From an uncultured Alphaproteobacteria bacterium (GTDB lineage: Bacteria; Pseudomonadota; Alphaproteobacteria; Rhizobiales; Kaistiaceae): 64,000 nucleotides of DNA. Numbering within the stretch: position 1 is the stretch's first letter; each line of letters begins with the position of its first letter. Below the pieces are notes generated by a model. That model ran no database searches. It was not told the DNA's origin and was given only the letters and a program-made list of their open reading frames with translations. The DNA lies in NCBI GenBank assembly GCA_963830215.1, contig CAWHLM010000018.1, positions 28,221-92,220 of the forward strand, written 5' to 3'. A program made the translations under genes and the position numbers. This document shows, in pieces, positions 61,152 to 64,000 of the stretch.

Positions 61152-63806
61152 ATGGCAAACAAGATGCTCATCGACGCCGCCCATCCGGAGGAGACCCGGG
61201 TTGTGGTGGTGCGCGGTAATCGGGTCGAGGAGTTCGACTTTGAATCGGCCAGCCGCCGGCAACTGCGCGGCAACATCTATCTAGCAAAGGTCACGCGGGT
61301 CGAGCCGTCGTTGCAGGCGGCCTTCGTCGATTACGGCGGCAACCGCCACGGCTTCCTCGCCTTCTCGGAAATCCATCCCGACTACTACCAGATCCCGGTC
61401 GCTGACCGTCAGGCGCTGATCGAGGCCGAGCAGCGCGAGATCGACGAGGCCGGGGAAACGCAGTCCGACGGTAGCGAGGCGGAGACCGAGGTTCCGGACG
61501 AACCGGCCGAGGGCGAGGAGGCGAGCGGCGGCGAGGACACTTCCGGCACGATGGCTGCTGAAGCGGCGCCGCAGCCGACGATCAGCGAAGCCGCCGGGGA
61601 CGAGCCGGTCAGCGAACCGTCGGCGGGCGGCGAGCCGCTGGGAATCGACCAGGACGGCGACGAACCGGCGGAAGCCGAAATCGAAGACGACGGCGAGGCG
61701 GCGCCAGCGACGACGGCCAGCGAGAGAGAGGCCGACGATGTCGCGGTGGAAAGCGACGACCGGGTCGAATCGGTCGGTGCCGAGGACGCCATGGAAGAGG
61801 TGCCGGAGCGGCGACGCTCGCGCGTGCGCCAGTACAAGATCCAGGAGGTCATCAAGCGCCGCCAGGTGCTGCTGGTCCAGGTCGTCAAGGAGGAGCGCGG
61901 CAACAAGGGCGCGGCGCTGACCACCTATCTGTCGCTGGCCGGCCGCTATTCGGTGCTGATGCCCAATACCGCCCGCGGCGGCGGCATCAGCCGCAAGATC
62001 ACCTCGATGGCTGACCGCAAGCGCCTCAAGCAGGTCGTCTCCGACCTCGAGGTGCCGGACGGCATGGGCGTGATCTTGAGGACCGCCGGCGCCGCCCGCA
62101 CGCGCGCCGAGGTCAAGCGCGATTTCGAATATCTGCTCAGGCTGTGGGAGAACGTGCGCGAGTTGACGCTGCGCTCCACCGCCCCGGCGCTGGTCTACGA
62201 GGAAGGCTCGCTGATCAAGCGCTCGATCCGCGACCTCTATAACAAGGACATCGACGAGGTGATCGTCGCCGGCGACGACGCCTACCGCGAGGCCAAGGAC
62301 TTCATGCGCATGCTCATGCCGAGCCATGCCAAGAACGTCCAGCCCTACAAGGAAGGCCAGCCGATCTTCGCCCGCAACGGCATCGAGGCGCAGCTCGACG
62401 CGATGTTCAGCCCGCAGGTGACGCTGAGGTCGGGCGGCTACATGGTCATCAACCCGACCGAGGCGCTGGTCTCCATCGATGTCAACTCGGGCCGCTCGAC
62501 GCGCGAGCACAATATCGAGGACACGGCGCTGCAGACCAACCTCGAAGCGGCGGAGGAAGTCGCCCGCCAGCTTCGCCTGCGCGACCTTGCCGGCCTCATC
62601 GTCATCGACTTCATCGACATGGAGGAGAAGCGCAACAACCGCGCCGTCGAGCGCAAGCTCAACGATGCGCTGAAGAATGACCGGGCGCGCATCCAGGTCG
62701 GCCGCATCTCGCATTTCGGCCTGCTCGAGATGAGCCGCCAGCGCATCCGCACCGGCGTGCTCGAGTCGACCACAACGGTCTGCCCGACCTGCCAGGGCAG
62801 CGGCCACGTGCGGGCGCCCGCGTCGGTGGCGCTGCATGTCCTGCGCTCGCTGGAGGACCAACTGCTCAAGGGCGTCAGCCATCACCTGACCATCCGCACG
62901 CGCACCCCGGTGGCGCTCTACATCCTCAACCAGAAGCGTTCGCACCTCTCCGAGATCGAGCAGCGCTTCGGGCTCAGCATCACGGTCAACGCCGACGAGA
63001 CCATCACCAACGGCGCCCACTTCGTCGTCGAGCGCGGCGAGCCGGTGGAGCGGCGCGCCACACAGGCGCCGGTGTCGATCACGCCGGACTCGGTCATGCC
63101 GGATCTCCCCCCGGAGGAAGAGCCGGCCGAGACCGTCGAGGTGTTGGCGGCGGACGAAGCAACGGAAACAACGCGCGAGAGCGAGGGCGAGGAAGGCGTG
63201 CGCCGTCGCAAGCGTCGCCGGCGCCGTCGCGGCGGCAACGGCGAGCGCCCGGAGGCGGCGGGCGCGACGTCGGAGTCCGACGAGAGCGAGGCGGACGAGG
63301 AACCATCGGCCGTCGCCGCGGGCGAGAGCGCCGAAACGGATGCCGAAGGCATGCCGCGCAAGCGGCGCCGCGGACGGCGCGGCGGGCGCCGCGGGCGGCG
63401 CGGGCGCGGCGGCGAGGATCGGCAGGCCGCTGAAGGGACATCCGAGGGCCCGGGCATGGAGAACGAGGCCAGCGAGGCCCCTCGCCCGCTGGCGGACGCG
63501 CCGCCGCCCGCGGAAGTCACCGCCAGTGACGAGCAGGCCGCAGCGGCGGTCAACGACGATTGGTCGGTGCCCGCCCCGGTGGCCGTGCCCGATGCGGCGG
63601 CGGTTCCGGAGGAACCGGCTCCGCCGCTCAGCCCGACTGCCGACAGCACTCTGCCGCAGCCGCAACACCATGAGGCCGAGCCCGACCACCATCGCGAGGA
63701 GTATCCGGGTGAACCGGCCGCCGAACGGCCGCCGGAGCCCGAGCAACCGGACGAGACGGCGCCCAAGCGCAGCGGCTGGTGGCAGCGGCGGACGTCGTTC
63801 TTCTAG
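61152..63806 (+). CDS. rne: Ribonuclease E
   Basis: Part of ORF 61095..63806, from the ATG at 61152 (MANKMLIDAAHPEETRV). Motifs KEERGNKGAALTT and VSIDVNSG, Zn-link CPTCQGSG, Arg-rich and acidic C-terminal half. Confidence 0.93.
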   Translation: MANKMLIDAAHPEETRVVVVRGNRVEEFDFESASRRQLRGNIYLAKVTRVEPSLQAAFVDYGGNRHGFLAFSEIHPDYYQIPVADRQALIEAEQREIDEAGETQSDGSEAETEVPDEPAEGEEASGGEDTSGTMAAEAAPQPTISEAAGDEPVSEPSAGGEPLGIDQDGDEPAEAEIEDDGEAAPATTASEREADDVAVESDDRVESVGAEDAMEEVPERRRSRVRQYKIQEVIKRRQVLLVQVVKEERGNKGAALTTYLSLAGRYSVLMPNTARGGGISRKITSMADRKRLKQVVSDLEVPDGMGVILRTAGAARTRAEVKRDFEYLLRLWENVRELTLRSTAPALVYEEGSLIKRSIRDLYNKDIDEVIVAGDDAYREAKDFMRMLMPSHAKNVQPYKEGQPIFARNGIEAQLDAMFSPQVTLRSGGYMVINPTEALVSIDVNSGRSTREHNIEDTALQTNLEAAEEVARQLRLRDLAGLIVIDFIDMEEKRNNRAVERKLNDALKNDRARIQVGRISHFGLLEMSRQRIRTGVLESTTTVCPTCQGSGHVRAPASVALHVLRSLEDQLLKGVSHHLTIRTRTPVALYILNQKRSHLSEIEQRFGLSITVNADETITNGAHFVVERGEPVERRATQAPVSITPDSVMPDLPPEEEPAETVEVLAADEATETTRESEGEEGVRRRKRRRRRRGGNGERPEAAGATSESDESEADEEPSAVAAGESAETDAEGMPRKRRRGRRGGRRGRRGRGGEDRQAAEGTSEGPGMENEASEAPRPLADAPPPAEVTASDEQAAAAVNDDWSVPAPVAVPDAAAVPEEPAPPLSPTADSTLPQPQHHEAEPDHHREEYPGEPAAERPPEPEQPDETAPKRSGWWQRRTSFF

Positions 63807-63857
63807 ATCGGTTGCGGACCTTGCAGACGAAGCCGAATGCGGTCAATGGTTGAGGCT

Positions 63858-64000
63858 ATGAAAGACTTCCTTCTGCAGTTCTTCACGTGGTGGCACGGCC
63901 AAACTCTGGGCACGCGCTTCCAGATTTGGCGCAAGGGCGAACTGGTCGGCACCGACGAGGGCGGCAACCGCTATTACCGGATGCATGGCGGCGACCGGCG
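63858..64000 (+). CDS. NDUFA12-like (NADH:ubiquinone oxidoreductase subunit B17.2 family) protein, 3'-truncated at window edge
   Basis: Hand translation from the ATG at 63858: [47 protein letters not shown]. This matches the alphaproteobacterial NDUFA12-like N-terminus as recalled. Confidence 0.7.
   Translation, partial: MKDFLLQFFTWWHGQTLGTRFQIWRKGELVGTDEGGNRYYRMHGGDR

Overview
High-GC, densely coding chromosomal segment that looks alphaproteobacterial (Hyphomicrobiales/Rhizobiales-like: ExoR-like Sel1 protein, IalB, Omp25-type porin, 685-aa ParE, NDUFA12-like gene). I found no rRNA, tRNA, CRISPR array, transposase, integrase or recognisable defence system. Most of it is housekeeping: GGDEF-EAL (partial), dgt, erpA, amn, xthA, ilvD, parE, rhlE, a SUF Fe-S operon (cysteine desulfurase, sufB, 3 extra ORFs, sufC, sufD, sufS, sufT, then a thrE pair, then sufA), anmK, tyrS, a 1175-aa AsmA/YhdP-like protein, bcp, ialB, an M23 peptidase, prfB with its classical programmed +1 frameshift site, mrcA, amiC, rne. 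Regions that look accessory or unusual: (1) 51.6-56.4 kb, a cluster of secreted proteins: a novel two-repeat protein, one catalytically intact S1 serine peptidase, one paralog that has lost the catalytic His and Ser and carries a ~95-aa glycine-rich insert, and two small secreted proteins made only of the shared N-terminal HWTPE-type motif. (2) 34.3-38.9 kb, an LpxD-like/ACP/KAS operon whose KAS 3' end is duplicated (~240 bp direct repeat) around a lower-GC cargo encoding a 10-Cys secreted protein, next to a degraded AraC remnant. (3) A perfect 19-bp tandem duplication (13628-13665) removes a stop codon and fuses an SDR epimerase to a thioredoxin-like protein. (4) Three tightly coupled ORFs (membrane, cupin, unknown) sit between sufB and sufC. 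Caveat: sufS, prfB and the M23 peptidase each carry frameshifts equivalent to 1-nt insertions. Two of these genes are normally essential, so assembly indel error is at least as likely as pseudogenisation. All coordinates and motif calls were made by eye, and no database search was run.
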